Assembly: GCA_965203555.1 (NCBI GenBank)
Contig: CBDBCY010000004.1
Location: forward strand, 2,752,001 to 2,816,000
Source: Acidimicrobiia bacterium
GTDB lineage: Bacteria; Actinomycetota; Acidimicrobiia; Spongiisociales; ZC4RG35
Length of the DNA: 64,000 nucleotides
Direction: 5' to 3'
A program made the translations under genes and the position numbers. Positions 38,545 through 48,321 of this stretch are shown here, one piece after another; the stretch's first letter is position 1, and each line of letters begins with the position of its first letter. The notes under the pieces are model-generated. The model searched no databases, was not told the DNA's origin, and saw only the letters and a list, made by a program, of their open reading frames with translations.

Positions 38545-40492
38545 CCGGAATTTGGCGGGTTGGGGGGTTTGGTGGGGGGTGATTGGTGTGTTGACCTGGG
38601 GTTTTGTGTTGTGAGGGGCTGGTTCCTTAGGGTGTTGTAGTGGCGACATTGTGTTGGTGGGATAGGGTGTGATCTGCTAGTATTGTGGGATATGTTCGTT
38701 AAGACCACCCGCCGTCGGAGGGGCGACAAGGTGTACGAGTACCTGTCGTTGGTGGAATCGGTCCGCAAAGGGTCGAAAGTCGGTCATCGGACCCTTCTTC
38801 GCCTGGGAGAAGTCACCGCTCTGCGCGAAACCGGACAACTGGGACGCATCATTTCGGCGTTGGAACGCCACCTGCACAAACAACGCGTCGATATCGACGG
38901 GTTAGCGGCCGAGCAGGCACCTGCGGTGGGAGGGGTAGCAGCCGCAGCTGCGGTGTGGGACCAGCTGGGTCTGGGCGGGTTCTTCTCCCATATAGGCAGA
39001 AGACGCGGTGCTGGGGCTTTGGAGCATGCGGTGTTCGCGATGGTGGCCAACCGGCTGGTGGATCCTTGTTCCAAACGTCGCCTGCCCGAATGGACAACCG
39101 ATGACGTGGTCATGCCGGCCGGGTGGTCGGCGCCGTCGCTTGACCAGTACTACCGGGCCCTGGACGCGGTGGCCGATGTCAAAGCCGAAACCGAGGAGCA
39201 TCTGTATCGACGGTTATGTGATTTGACCAACCTAAACCTGCGGCTGGTGTGCTATGACCTGACGTCCACCTATTTCGAAGGTTCCACCCACAAAACCGAA
39301 GCGTTTCCGTCGCGGGTGTTCGGATATTCGCGGGATCATCGCCCGGACCGACCCCAGATCGTGATCGGTCTGTTGTGCACCACCGACGGGCTCCCCATCG
39401 CCCATCACGTGTTCGCAGGCAACACCAACGACGCGTCCACCCTATCGGAGGTGTTGGGTGATCTGGCCAAACGGTTCGCGGTAGGCCGAATCTGTGTAGT
39501 AGCGGACCGGGGTCTCATATCAGCTTCCAATCTGGAAACGGTCGCCCAGGCCGGGTTCGATCATCTGTTGGCCACCCGGCTACGCCGCGACCGGGTCACT
39601 GCCCAAGCGTTGGCCGCTGTCGACCGGGACACGGTATGGGTCGGGTTGCCCCAACCCGGTACGAGAGCTGCGGATATCGTCCTCTCAGACGGTACCCGCA
39701 CGGTGGTGGTCGAGTCCGACGCCCGCGTCGGGCGGGACACACAACGCACCGCCCAGATCATCCAAACAGCCGAAACCCGGTTGTTGGCGTTGGAACACCG
39801 CGTCCGCAAAGGCAGAGTCAAAGACCCCGCCAAGATCGGCAGAGCCGCCCAACGAATCCTCAACACCGGGCGGGTCGCCCGGTTGTTCGATCTGGAGATC
39901 GGCCCGGGCCGTTTTCTTTACCACTACAACGAAGACAACCATGCCTACGAGAAGTTGCTGGCTGGTCGCTACGTGCTCACCACCAGTCTCACACCCGTCC
40001 AGGCCGACACCACCCAAATCGTGGCCGCCTACCACCAACTGCAAAACGTCGAGAACAGGTTCCGGGTGCTCAAAGACTTCCTACGACTGCGACCGGTAAG
40101 ACACTGGACCGAACAACGGGTCCGCGGGCACGTAGCAGTCTGTGTTTACGCCGCTCTCATGGAAACGCTCATCACCCGCGCTCTCACCCAAGCCGATGTC
40201 CGGGATCCCGACCTCGACCACCAACACCTCACCGCCGCACGGGCACTAAGAATGCTCAACCGTATCCGCCGGGTGGAACTTACCACCAACAAGCACCAAA
40301 TCACCCTCACCACCCGACGCACCCCCCTCCAAACCCGGACCCTCGCCGCTATCGGAGTCGACACCCGCACCTGGGACAAAGCCACCATCACCCAACCCTA
40401 AAAAAGCCCCAAACCACCGAATGTAGTGGAAACACTATCCACGCGCATGCGCCCTGACCAGGCAAAACACCAACCCACCCGCCAAATTCGGG
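38545..40492 (+). mobile_element. IS1634-family copy D, intact, 5-bp TSD TATGA
   Basis: IRs CCGGAATTTGGCGGGT / ACCCGCCAAATTCGGG; TATGA at 38540-38544 and 40493-40497. Confidence 0.95.
38692..40401 (+). CDS. IS1634 transposase
   Basis: Intact ORF, closely similar to copy B. Confidence 0.94.
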   Translation: MFVKTTRRRRGDKVYEYLSLVESVRKGSKVGHRTLLRLGEVTALRETGQLGRIISALERHLHKQRVDIDGLAAEQAPAVGGVAAAAAVWDQLGLGGFFSHIGRRRGAGALEHAVFAMVANRLVDPCSKRRLPEWTTDDVVMPAGWSAPSLDQYYRALDAVADVKAETEEHLYRRLCDLTNLNLRLVCYDLTSTYFEGSTHKTEAFPSRVFGYSRDHRPDRPQIVIGLLCTTDGLPIAHHVFAGNTNDASTLSEVLGDLAKRFAVGRICVVADRGLISASNLETVAQAGFDHLLATRLRRDRVTAQALAAVDRDTVWVGLPQPGTRAADIVLSDGTRTVVVESDARVGRDTQRTAQIIQTAETRLLALEHRVRKGRVKDPAKIGRAAQRILNTGRVARLFDLEIGPGRFLYHYNEDNHAYEKLLAGRYVLTTSLTPVQADTTQIVAAYHQLQNVENRFRVLKDFLRLRPVRHWTEQRVRGHVAVCVYAALMETLITRALTQADVRDPDLDHQHLTAARALRMLNRIRRVELTTNKHQITLTTRRTPLQTRTLAAIGVDTRTWDKATITQP

Positions 40493-40771
40493 TATGACTT
40501 GGTTGGCCTCCATACTCAGATCAGCACCATTGGGCGCCGCTTGCCGGTGTGGCAACAACAACTTTTGAAGGATCCATACGGTTCACGGGTGTGGCTGCAG
40601 TACCGGAGAGGGTCCTTACGTCGGGACAAATGAGAGAAGGGTGTAGGGGAACCTCATCCTGAACTCGCTGGTTTCCCCACCGTAGCCCGGTTGGGATGAT
40701 GGCAACAACGGTCGGGTTGTTACCGGCGCGTCCCGGCCCCATGGTCCGCCCCGAGGGTATTGTGCTGGCTG

Positions 40772-41272
40772 ATGAATGAGACATACCGAACCATCCTGGG
40801 CCTTCGGGCTATCCGGGAGTATCAGAACCGTCCCCTTGAGGAGGCACACCTCAACCTGGTGCTGGAGGCGGCCCGGTGGACGGGCAGCGCCAAGAACCTG
40901 CAGAACTGGGCGGTGATCGTTGTCCGCGACTGGGACCAGATCGAGCGGGTGGCGGCGTGCGGCAAAGGCGCCGGGCCGCTGCGGGCTGCGCCGGTGACGC
41001 TGGTCCTGGTCCAGGAACCGGGGGCGTACGAGTTGGACACGGGACGGATGGCGCAGAACATCATGCTGGCGGCGGATTCTCTGGGCATGGCTACCTGCCC
41101 CATCACCCTGCACAGGGACGGTGACGCGGCCCGGGTGCTCGGACTGCCGCCCGGCTGGCGTTGCCGCTACGCCATCTCGCTCGGATACCCGGACCCCGGC
41201 GCCCGTCCTGCAAACTTCGGGGGCCGAAAGCCCATCGGGGAGATCACCCACCACGACTCCTTCGGCCGGTGA
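40772..41272 (+). CDS. nitroreductase family protein
   Basis: RAIREY, ARWTGSAKNLQNW, DTGRMAQNIMLAA, LGYP. Confidence 0.9.
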   Translation: MNETYRTILGLRAIREYQNRPLEEAHLNLVLEAARWTGSAKNLQNWAVIVVRDWDQIERVAACGKGAGPLRAAPVTLVLVQEPGAYELDTGRMAQNIMLAADSLGMATCPITLHRDGDAARVLGLPPGWRCRYAISLGYPDPGARPANFGGRKPIGEITHHDSFGR

Positions 41273-41323
41273 CCGAACGGATGAAGGGTCGGAATCCTTG
41301 TTGAGATCTGAAATGTCGGGTTG

Positions 41324-41824
41324 TCAGCGGCTCTTCAGTATGTTGCGGACTCTTGCCCGAACCGACGGTGCCTCCGATTCGCCGGCCCTGGCCAGCATAC
41401 GGTCCGTCTCTTCCCGGTATCGAGGGAAACGAAGCGACAGTTCGTTGAATCCGTTGTAGGCCCAAGCCCTGAGGAACTTGTTGTCGCTTTCGAGACAGGA
41501 GTGCAGAAACTGCTCGAGACCGGCGCTCTCTTCCTCGGCAATATCGAGATAGGGAAGGCATTGGAGGATATGCAGTTTGCTTTCCCAATGCTCCTGATCA
41601 GAGAGTACGCCGAGAATCGCACGGGAACCTCCAGGGGAAGGGGAATGGCCCGTTTCGAGATGTCTCTTCAGCAGCCAGGTCGCCGCCCGTTGCAGTCCGA
41701 CATCCGCAGTGTGCTCCAGAACCGTCGCAAGAAAGTCATCTTCATCGCTGTATCGCTCATATGTCGACTGCAACGCGGTGGCGGACCTGTTGTCCCAGGA
41801 GGCGATCTCTTCCAATAATGTCAT
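41324..41824 (-). CDS. alpha-helical (HEAT/AlkD-like) hypothetical protein
   Basis: ATWLLK, KFLRAWAYNG, SVRAR; helical-repeat appearance. Confidence 0.65.
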   Translation of the reverse strand: MTLLEEIASWDNRSATALQSTYERYSDEDDFLATVLEHTADVGLQRAATWLLKRHLETGHSPSPGGSRAILGVLSDQEHWESKLHILQCLPYLDIAEEESAGLEQFLHSCLESDNKFLRAWAYNGFNELSLRFPRYREETDRMLARAGESEAPSVRARVRNILKSR

Positions 41825-42161
41825 CTCACATTCGGTTCCTGCGATGTCGGGGCAGCCTTTTGGCCAGCCTACCGATGACGCCGGTCCTGGTCCGGGCACC
41901 GGGGAAGTACAAACTCGATATGGGACTCATGGCGGGGACCGTCATGCGGCGGTCAATGCTTTGGGGCGGACACCGGACCTGCGGCGCCGGCTCGTCTGAC
42001 GCGGTTCACCACCTCTACAGTGAGATGGGCCTTGCCCCGGATTTGGATTTCAAACAGCCGTATCCGAGTCGGGAGGACCCTGTAGAAGCCGACCCTACCC
42101 GCATGTGCGAACTGCCGGTAGGCCTGAGCGAGGTCGATCTGGGCCGGATATGATCAGCCGC

Positions 42162-42353
42162 ATGGAGAGACCTGCGGTGCCGACATCGGAACCTGGTGTA
42201 GGGACCGGGGAATGCACTCTGGCGGACATTGAGGCATACGCAGGGGTAGTCGTTGACCGCACAGGGGACTACGAAGCCGGGCGAACCACCTTTTACGCCA
42301 CCCCCGAGGAGTTCCTCGATTATGTAGCGTCAGTGATGCGCGAGTCGGAGTGA
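42162..42353 (+). CDS. small acidic antitoxin-like protein
   Basis: DYEAGRTTFYATPEEFL tail typical of RelE partners; precedes a toxin pseudogene. Confidence 0.55.
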   Translation: MERPAVPTSEPGVGTGECTLADIEAYAGVVVDRTGDYEAGRTTFYATPEEFLDYVASVMRESE

Positions 42354-42370
42354 CTCTTGGAGGGAGGGGG

Positions 42371-42672
42371 ATGCCCACTTTCGAGCGAACCAGAGCTTTG
42401 ATCGCGATCTTCGCCACCTCACAAGACAGCAACGGGATCGATTCTTCGTCGCCGTCATAGCCTTCATCGAGGATCTGTCGGCTATAGAGGCGGGCCGGAC
42501 GGACAGGTTCCGCCCGGGTCTTCGCGTAAAGGGAGTGCAAGGCGTACCGGGTATGTTTGAGATGACTTGGGCACCCGATGGGCGCGCCACCTTTTCGTGG
42601 GGCGAACTCGTCAGGTCAGGGAAATAGCATGTGGTGTGGGAACGTTGCGGGGACCACAGCATTCTTCCGTAA
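42371..42672 (+). pseudogene. RelE-like toxin with frameshift and premature stop
   Basis: MPTFERT / FDRDL..FRPGLRVKGVQG..FEMTWAPDGRATF..GK*HVVWERCGDHSI. Confidence 0.75.
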
Positions 42673-42972
42673 CCTCAGCGCCGACTCCCATGCCTGCCCT
42701 TTGATACCGGACGCGCCGCTCCCGGCCGCCAAGGGTTGCCTGGTCGGACTCACCGCGGTGCCTTCACCCACCCCCGTCGTCGCACTCTTCCCAAGATTGC
42801 TTGACGACCCGCCTGGTGTCCAGATTGCCCCACCCCATTGCGGCCTTCGCCTTACCGACTCTGGACCTCCGAGTAGGAGTTTCCAATTCGTAGTGTCCTC
42901 TCGCTTTTAACTGTGGTGCCCTAGCGGCACTTCCGGCTGGGGTTGATGCCCCCCGGTATTGGATGCGTTCCT

Positions 42973-43767
42973 TTACTCAAGACGCTGGGCACGGAATCCA
43001 CCGTCGACATGCAGCAGTTCCCCGGTGATGAAACCTGCCTTCTCCGACAGCAGGAACACGATGGCCTCGGCCAAGTCCCCGGTGGTCCCCAGCCGTCCCA
43101 GGGGGTACTCCGCGGTGGCCGCCTCGGTGTCCAGTACTCCCTGGGCGGCGATGCGCTGCAACATGGGGGTCAGCACCATTCCAGGGATGACCTGGTTGAC
43201 CCTGATCCCGGCCGGCGCCCACTCCACCGCCAACACCCTGGTTAGTCCTGCGATCCCCGCTTTGGCGGTGGTGTAGGCGGCCCGGCCCGGAAACCCGAAG
43301 TCCTGGGCGATGGATCCCACGGTCACTATCGCCCCGCCGCCCGCATCCCTCATCGCCCGACCGGCAGCCTGGCACCAATAGAAGGTCCCGTCGATGTGGG
43401 CCTTCAGCACTTTCTGCCAGTGCTCGGCGGGCAACTCGAAACTGTCCCCGACGATATGGACACCCGCGCAGGTGACCAGCATGTCGATGGGCCGGTTCCA
43501 GTTCTCGATCTCCGCCGCCGCGGCGTTCACGGCGGCCGGGTCGGTTACATCGCACTGCACGAAGCGGACCCGGTCTCGGCCAAAGCGTTCGATCAACTCT
43601 GCGGACCGGCCTTCGTTCAGGTCGACCAGCGCGCAGGCCACGTCCGGGCGTTTTTGCAGTAGCAGTTCGGCGGTTTTCCAGCCGATCCCGCTGGCACCGC
43701 CGGTGATCGTCGCCACGGAACGGACTCGAATACTAATTCTCTTTCCTACTTTCCGCTCTTCGATCAC
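42973..43767 (-). CDS. SDR family oxidoreductase
   Basis: TGGASGIG, YTTAK, FITGELLHVDGG. Confidence 0.93.
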   Translation of the reverse strand: MIEERKVGKRISIRVRSVATITGGASGIGWKTAELLLQKRPDVACALVDLNEGRSAELIERFGRDRVRFVQCDVTDPAAVNAAAAEIENWNRPIDMLVTCAGVHIVGDSFELPAEHWQKVLKAHIDGTFYWCQAAGRAMRDAGGGAIVTVGSIAQDFGFPGRAAYTTAKAGIAGLTRVLAVEWAPAGIRVNQVIPGMVLTPMLQRIAAQGVLDTEAATAEYPLGRLGTTGDLAEAIVFLLSEKAGFITGELLHVDGGFRAQRLE

Positions 43768-43873
43768 GCAGTTTCATGACGATCGGGGTCACCTCGGGCC
43801 AGATGGGTTCCCATTGACTTCCCACAATGGATCGTAGCCACCCCAGAGGCTTTCTGGTGGGACACGCAACTGA

Positions 43874-44977
43874 TCAGCGCAACAGGACGACGCCGAAGAG
43901 CGGCACCAGGATGAACATTCCCAGCACGTAGGCCAAGGCCAGCGAGCGTCGCGCCACTGCCACCTTGGCGAGAGTTTCGGCCCCGCGGATGGGAATCTGC
44001 CTAAGGGTGGTGAACGGGTAGAGCAGCAGGATCCCTCCGACATTGAACAACGTGTGGACCAGCGCGATGGTGAGCGCTTCGGGCCGACTCGTCGCCAGAG
44101 CCGCCAGCAGTGCCGTGATGGTGGTGCCCACATTGGCGCCCAGGGTGACCGGAAAAGCGTTGTGCAGCGACAGAACCCCGGCGGCGGACAACGGGATCAG
44201 CAACGAGGTGGTGATGCTCGACGACTGCACAGAGATCGTGACCAGCGCCCCCACCACCAGGGCCACCACACCGCTGCCTTTGCCGAGAGCCCTGTTCAGG
44301 GACCGCTCCACGCGGTCGGCCACCAGGCGGCGCATGTTCTTGGTTACGAACGCCAGCGCTACCAACACGCTCACGATCCCACAGGCGACGAGTAGCGTGC
44401 CGAGCGTGTTGCCATCTGCTCCGAGGCTGTTCCACAGGTTCTCAAGCCAGCCGACCGGTTCCTTGACCAATGCCTTTATAGGACTCTTCCACTCAGTGCC
44501 GGCCGCACCGACCAGGGGTTCGCTGATTCGTTCGGCCAGGCTCGAAATGGCGCTGGTGAGCAACTCCAGCGGCAACAGAACCGTGACGATCACGACGTTG
44601 AAAAAGTCGTGCACCGTCGCTGCCTCGAAGGCCCGTTTGAACTCCGCGGACCTCCTCATGTGGGCGAGCGACACCAGCGTATTGGTCACCGTCGTGCCGA
44701 TGTTGGCGCCCATCACCATCGGTATGGCGTGTTCGAAACCCAACACACCGGAGGCCACCAGGCCGACTATCACCGATGTGCTGGCCGAAGACGACTGCAC
44801 CAGCACGGTTCCGAGAATCCCTACAAAGAGCCCGGCGAGCGGGTTGCTAACGCTGGAGAAGAGGCTCTCCTGGGTGTCGGCGCCCAGGAGTTTGATGCCG
44901 GACTCCAGTGAAGAGACGCCAACGAGGAACACATAGATCAGGCCCACTACGAGTCCGGCCCTTGCCAGAGGCGGCAT
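43874..44977 (-). CDS. Na/Pi cotransporter (NptA/SLC34-like)
   Basis: Duplicated VQSSS motif, GANIGTT/GANVGTT and HDFFN. Confidence 0.92.
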   Translation of the reverse strand: MPPLARAGLVVGLIYVFLVGVSSLESGIKLLGADTQESLFSSVSNPLAGLFVGILGTVLVQSSSASTSVIVGLVASGVLGFEHAIPMVMGANIGTTVTNTLVSLAHMRRSAEFKRAFEAATVHDFFNVVIVTVLLPLELLTSAISSLAERISEPLVGAAGTEWKSPIKALVKEPVGWLENLWNSLGADGNTLGTLLVACGIVSVLVALAFVTKNMRRLVADRVERSLNRALGKGSGVVALVVGALVTISVQSSSITTSLLIPLSAAGVLSLHNAFPVTLGANVGTTITALLAALATSRPEALTIALVHTLFNVGGILLLYPFTTLRQIPIRGAETLAKVAVARRSLALAYVLGMFILVPLFGVVLLR

Positions 44978-45908
44978 CAAGCGATCACCCTCCAAGCCGT
45001 CACCCGCCCTGGTCGAAATTCTCATGTGGTCGACATCGTCACAGAGCGTGGGCAGCCTGCGGTATTCGGCAGCTTGATTGGTGCCTCCGGGGCCGACCGC
45101 GGGTACAGGATGCCGCGCTCGGTCCTCCGGACACCGGGGAACCCTTCTCTGCTCAATCCCATGGAACTGAGATCCCGGCGCCACTGCCATGACCATCCGC
45201 GCCGCACGTCCGCGACGCCGGCCCGGTTGTCCCAACGTGCTCGGCGAGGTGGAGGTGTCTTGTCACGTGGTCAAGCGTTCCTGCGCCCGGTCTCGCAATG
45301 GCATCTGGTGGGAGGTGAACTCTTTGTCGGTCCTGACGCGGTGACTCCGGGCGCCAAGCAACTGCCTGATAAGTCAGTTTGGGCCTGTGCCTCGAAGGTG
45401 GCCCACTGCCCGGATGCAGTGGGCCGGGTCGCTGGGAGTCTCACGGTTCTTCGTTTGACCACGACCACATGATATCGCGATGTCTCGGCACTGCCTCGAC
45501 CCTACCGGGATTTCCTCGACGAAATCAGGTGCTCCAGGCCGGCTCTCCTTTCAGGTGGTAAACCTGACGTCGCCAGGCCAACCGACACGCCCGGGGCGTT
45601 CTCAGATGCGAGGCATCATGGGCCCCAGGTGCGCCATTTTCAGGGTCTAGGGCAGCCAAATCACAGTAAACCGTGCGCGGTCCATTTGGCAGGGTTGCAC
45701 TCGGCGGTGTTTTTCCTGTACGCCAATCGGCAGGCCGACGCCATCGTTTTCCGAAAGGACCTGGCCCGGCTGGAAGAGGGTGACTTCGCCGATTCTTGAT
45801 ATTGCCAAAGGATTCTCAATTGCGGTGTCCCCTCTCAAAATGTGGTGTCCGCCCGGAACTGTCCCTGCTGAAGGCCAGGTCATGGAAGGACACCTAGCAT
45901 TGGGTTTT

Positions 45909-47063
45909 ATGACTCACTCCCTGCTGGAGGCGGCCCGCGCGCTGGGTCCTGCTATCAGCGCCCGCTCGGCGGAGATCGAGGCGCTGGGCACGCTGCCGAC
46001 GGATCTGGTTGATGAGATCAGGCCCACCGGGGCGTTCCGCCAGTGCGTGCCCGACGATCTGGGCGGACCGGGAGTGACCGCCACCGAGAGCCTGACCGTC
46101 TTCGAGGAGTTCGCCTATCACGACGGATCGGTCGGCTGGTGCGTGGCCATCGCATCCGCCACGTCACTGCTGGCCTCGTACCTGCCCGATCCCCATGCCG
46201 AGGCCCTGTTCGGCGATCCCGGGGCGATCGGCGGAGGATTCGTGATGCCCCGAGGGCGAGCGACGCCGACCGACGGCGGCCTGCGGGTGTCGGGACGCTG
46301 GCAGTGGGGGTCCGGCACCAAGCACTGCACCACCATCGGGGGCGGTTGTCTGGTGGTCGGCCCCGACGGGCGGCCCGAGCCGCGGGGCGACGGCCTGGCC
46401 GCGCCGTTCGTGTTCATGGATCCCCAGGACATCCGGTTCATCGACACTTGGGACGTGGCCGGCCTGGCCGGCACCGGCTCGGTCGACTTCGAGGCCCGGG
46501 ATGCGTTCGTTCCCGAGGGGCGCTGGGTGCAGATCCTCACCGACAGGCCGGTCCGGGACAACGTCTGGTCCCGATTCTCGTTCTTCGGGTATCTGGCCTG
46601 CGGGGTGGCGGCCACGGCGGTGGGAATCGCCCGCCGCTCCATCGACGAGTTGCTGGAGCTGGCCGGGGCGAAGAAGCCGCAGGGCAGCACGCGCACACTG
46701 GCCGAGCGGGCCGCCACGCAGTACGAGACGGCGCGGGCGGAAGTGAGGCTGGCGGCGGCCTGGTCCCTGATGCTCGATGCGGTGGAGGACACATGGCAGG
46801 TTTCGTCGGCGGGTGGGCGGTCAACCATCGATCAGAGGCGACGGATCCGCCTCGCAGCCACCCACGCCACCCAGACGGCGGCCGGTGTGGCCTCGTCGAT
46901 GTTCACGACCGCGGGTGGGGCGGCGGTGTATCGCACAAGCCCCGTCCAGCGCTGCTTCCGAGACAGCGCGGTGGCGGCCCAGCACGCCATGGTGGCGCCG
47001 CGAACCCTGGAAACCGCCGGCCGCCTGCGCATGGGGCTGCCCACCGACACCACCACGCTGTGA
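45909..47063 (+). CDS. acyl-CoA-dehydrogenase-fold flavin monooxygenase (HsaA/NcnH-like)
   Basis: DGSVGW, SGRWQWGSG, DTWDVAGLAGTGS, QRCFRD..QH. Confidence 0.88.
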   Translation: MTHSLLEAARALGPAISARSAEIEALGTLPTDLVDEIRPTGAFRQCVPDDLGGPGVTATESLTVFEEFAYHDGSVGWCVAIASATSLLASYLPDPHAEALFGDPGAIGGGFVMPRGRATPTDGGLRVSGRWQWGSGTKHCTTIGGGCLVVGPDGRPEPRGDGLAAPFVFMDPQDIRFIDTWDVAGLAGTGSVDFEARDAFVPEGRWVQILTDRPVRDNVWSRFSFFGYLACGVAATAVGIARRSIDELLELAGAKKPQGSTRTLAERAATQYETARAEVRLAAAWSLMLDAVEDTWQVSSAGGRSTIDQRRRIRLAATHATQTAAGVASSMFTTAGGAAVYRTSPVQRCFRDSAVAAQHAMVAPRTLETAGRLRMGLPTDTTTL

Positions 47064-47172
47064 TCGGGTGCTGACCCGTTCTGGTCGGTCAGCGCCATGT
47101 GGGTGATTCCGGCGATAGTGGTCATCGTTATCGACCTGTTACCCGGCGCCTCGGTTTGGCTGGGAGACACCG

Positions 47173-48321
47173 GTGGGTAGTCGACGCAGGATGCCGATCC
47201 TGCCGGTCGAGGCGTACACCTCCCGGGAATGGTTCGACCGCGAGCAGGAGCGCATATTCTCTCGAACCTGGGCCTTTGCGGGCCTGGCCGGGGACATCGG
47301 CGAGCCGGGCCGGTACACCTCGGTCCAGGCCGGGCTGAACAACATCTTCATCGTGATGGGACGCGATCGCCGGTTGAGGGCCTTTCACAACATCTGCCGT
47401 CACCGGGGGACCCAGTTGCTGAGGGCGGTGGGCAACACCCAGCGGGCCATCGTCTGCCCCTACCACGACTGGACCTATGACCTGGAGGGGAGTCTCATCT
47501 CCGTGCCCAACCGGGAGCGGGAGTTCCCCGACCTGGACATGGCCTGCCTCGGGTTGAAGAAGGCCTCGGTCGACCTGTGGCGCGGGATGCTGTGGGTGCA
47601 CCCCGACTCCCATGCCGGATCGATCATGGAATGGTTCGGAGAGGTGGAACCGCACCTGGGCCCTCACGACGTCGATCGACTGGTGGAGTACCCCAAGGGC
47701 CGGACGGAATACGAGATCGCCGCCAACTGGAAGATCGTGGTGGAGAACTACATCGACGGCTACCACCTGGGGCATCTTCACTCCGGCACCCTGGCGATGT
47801 ACGACCACTCGCGCATCGAATCGGGTTTCGTCGGCCCCCACTTTGCCTTCTGGGAACCGTTGGCGCCCGAGTACGCCGAGGAGGTGGAGAAGAAAGCGCC
47901 GTACCCCCTGGTGGTCCCGCCTGACCGGTTGGGAGCGTGGGTGCCGATGCTGTTCCCGGGCATCGGGTTGGGGGAGACCGAGAGTTCCTGGTCGGTGTTC
48001 CATGTGACCCCGTTGACGCCCGACCGGACCCGGGTGGTGATTCGCACCAAGGTGGCCGACGCCTCTTCGTGGGCATTCGGGTGGCAGTCCATCCGGTCCT
48101 ACGGTTTCTGGGCCAGGCGAAGCGGCGGCAAATACGAAGGCGACTCCTCCGACCCGATGGCCTCCGGCGATTTCATGGCCGAGGACGTCTACGCCTGTGA
48201 ACAGCAGCAACGGTCGCTTCGAAGCCCTCATTTCCGGCACGGTCCCTCCTCCATCAGGGGCGAGGCGGGAGTGCGGCGGCACCAGGAGTTGATTCTCGAG
48301 TGGGTGGAAGGGAGTCGGTGA
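47173..48321 (+). CDS. Rieske oxygenase alpha subunit (choline monooxygenase/GbcA-like)
   Basis: CRHRG..CPYH; NWK..ENYIDGYH..LH; EDVYACEQQQ. Confidence 0.92.
   Translation: MGSRRRMPILPVEAYTSREWFDREQERIFSRTWAFAGLAGDIGEPGRYTSVQAGLNNIFIVMGRDRRLRAFHNICRHRGTQLLRAVGNTQRAIVCPYHDWTYDLEGSLISVPNREREFPDLDMACLGLKKASVDLWRGMLWVHPDSHAGSIMEWFGEVEPHLGPHDVDRLVEYPKGRTEYEIAANWKIVVENYIDGYHLGHLHSGTLAMYDHSRIESGFVGPHFAFWEPLAPEYAEEVEKKAPYPLVVPPDRLGAWVPMLFPGIGLGETESSWSVFHVTPLTPDRTRVVIRTKVADASSWAFGWQSIRSYGFWARRSGGKYEGDSSDPMASGDFMAEDVYACEQQQRSLRSPHFRHGPSSIRGEAGVRRHQELILEWVEGSR

Larger units (their letters stand above)
38250..40633 (+). pseudogene. VapC45/DUF5615 PIN toxin interrupted by IS1634
   Basis: RFRLDANIS, frameshift near 38390, DVEVAKW..VIVTCDSDFR..VFTY. 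The frame resumes after the TSD as DLVG..RRDK*. Confidence 0.8.
6125..40640. mobile_element. tRNA-Lys-anchored defence / TA genomic island (right border approximate)
   Basis: Abrupt switch after the tRNA to defence genes, ISs and pseudogenes; metabolic genes resume near 40.8 kb. No integrase or attR found. Confidence 0.7.

Noticed and set aside
40725-40745. Possible attR (CCGGCCCCA matching the tRNA 3' end)
   Set aside because: Only 9 bp in high-GC DNA; expected by chance.
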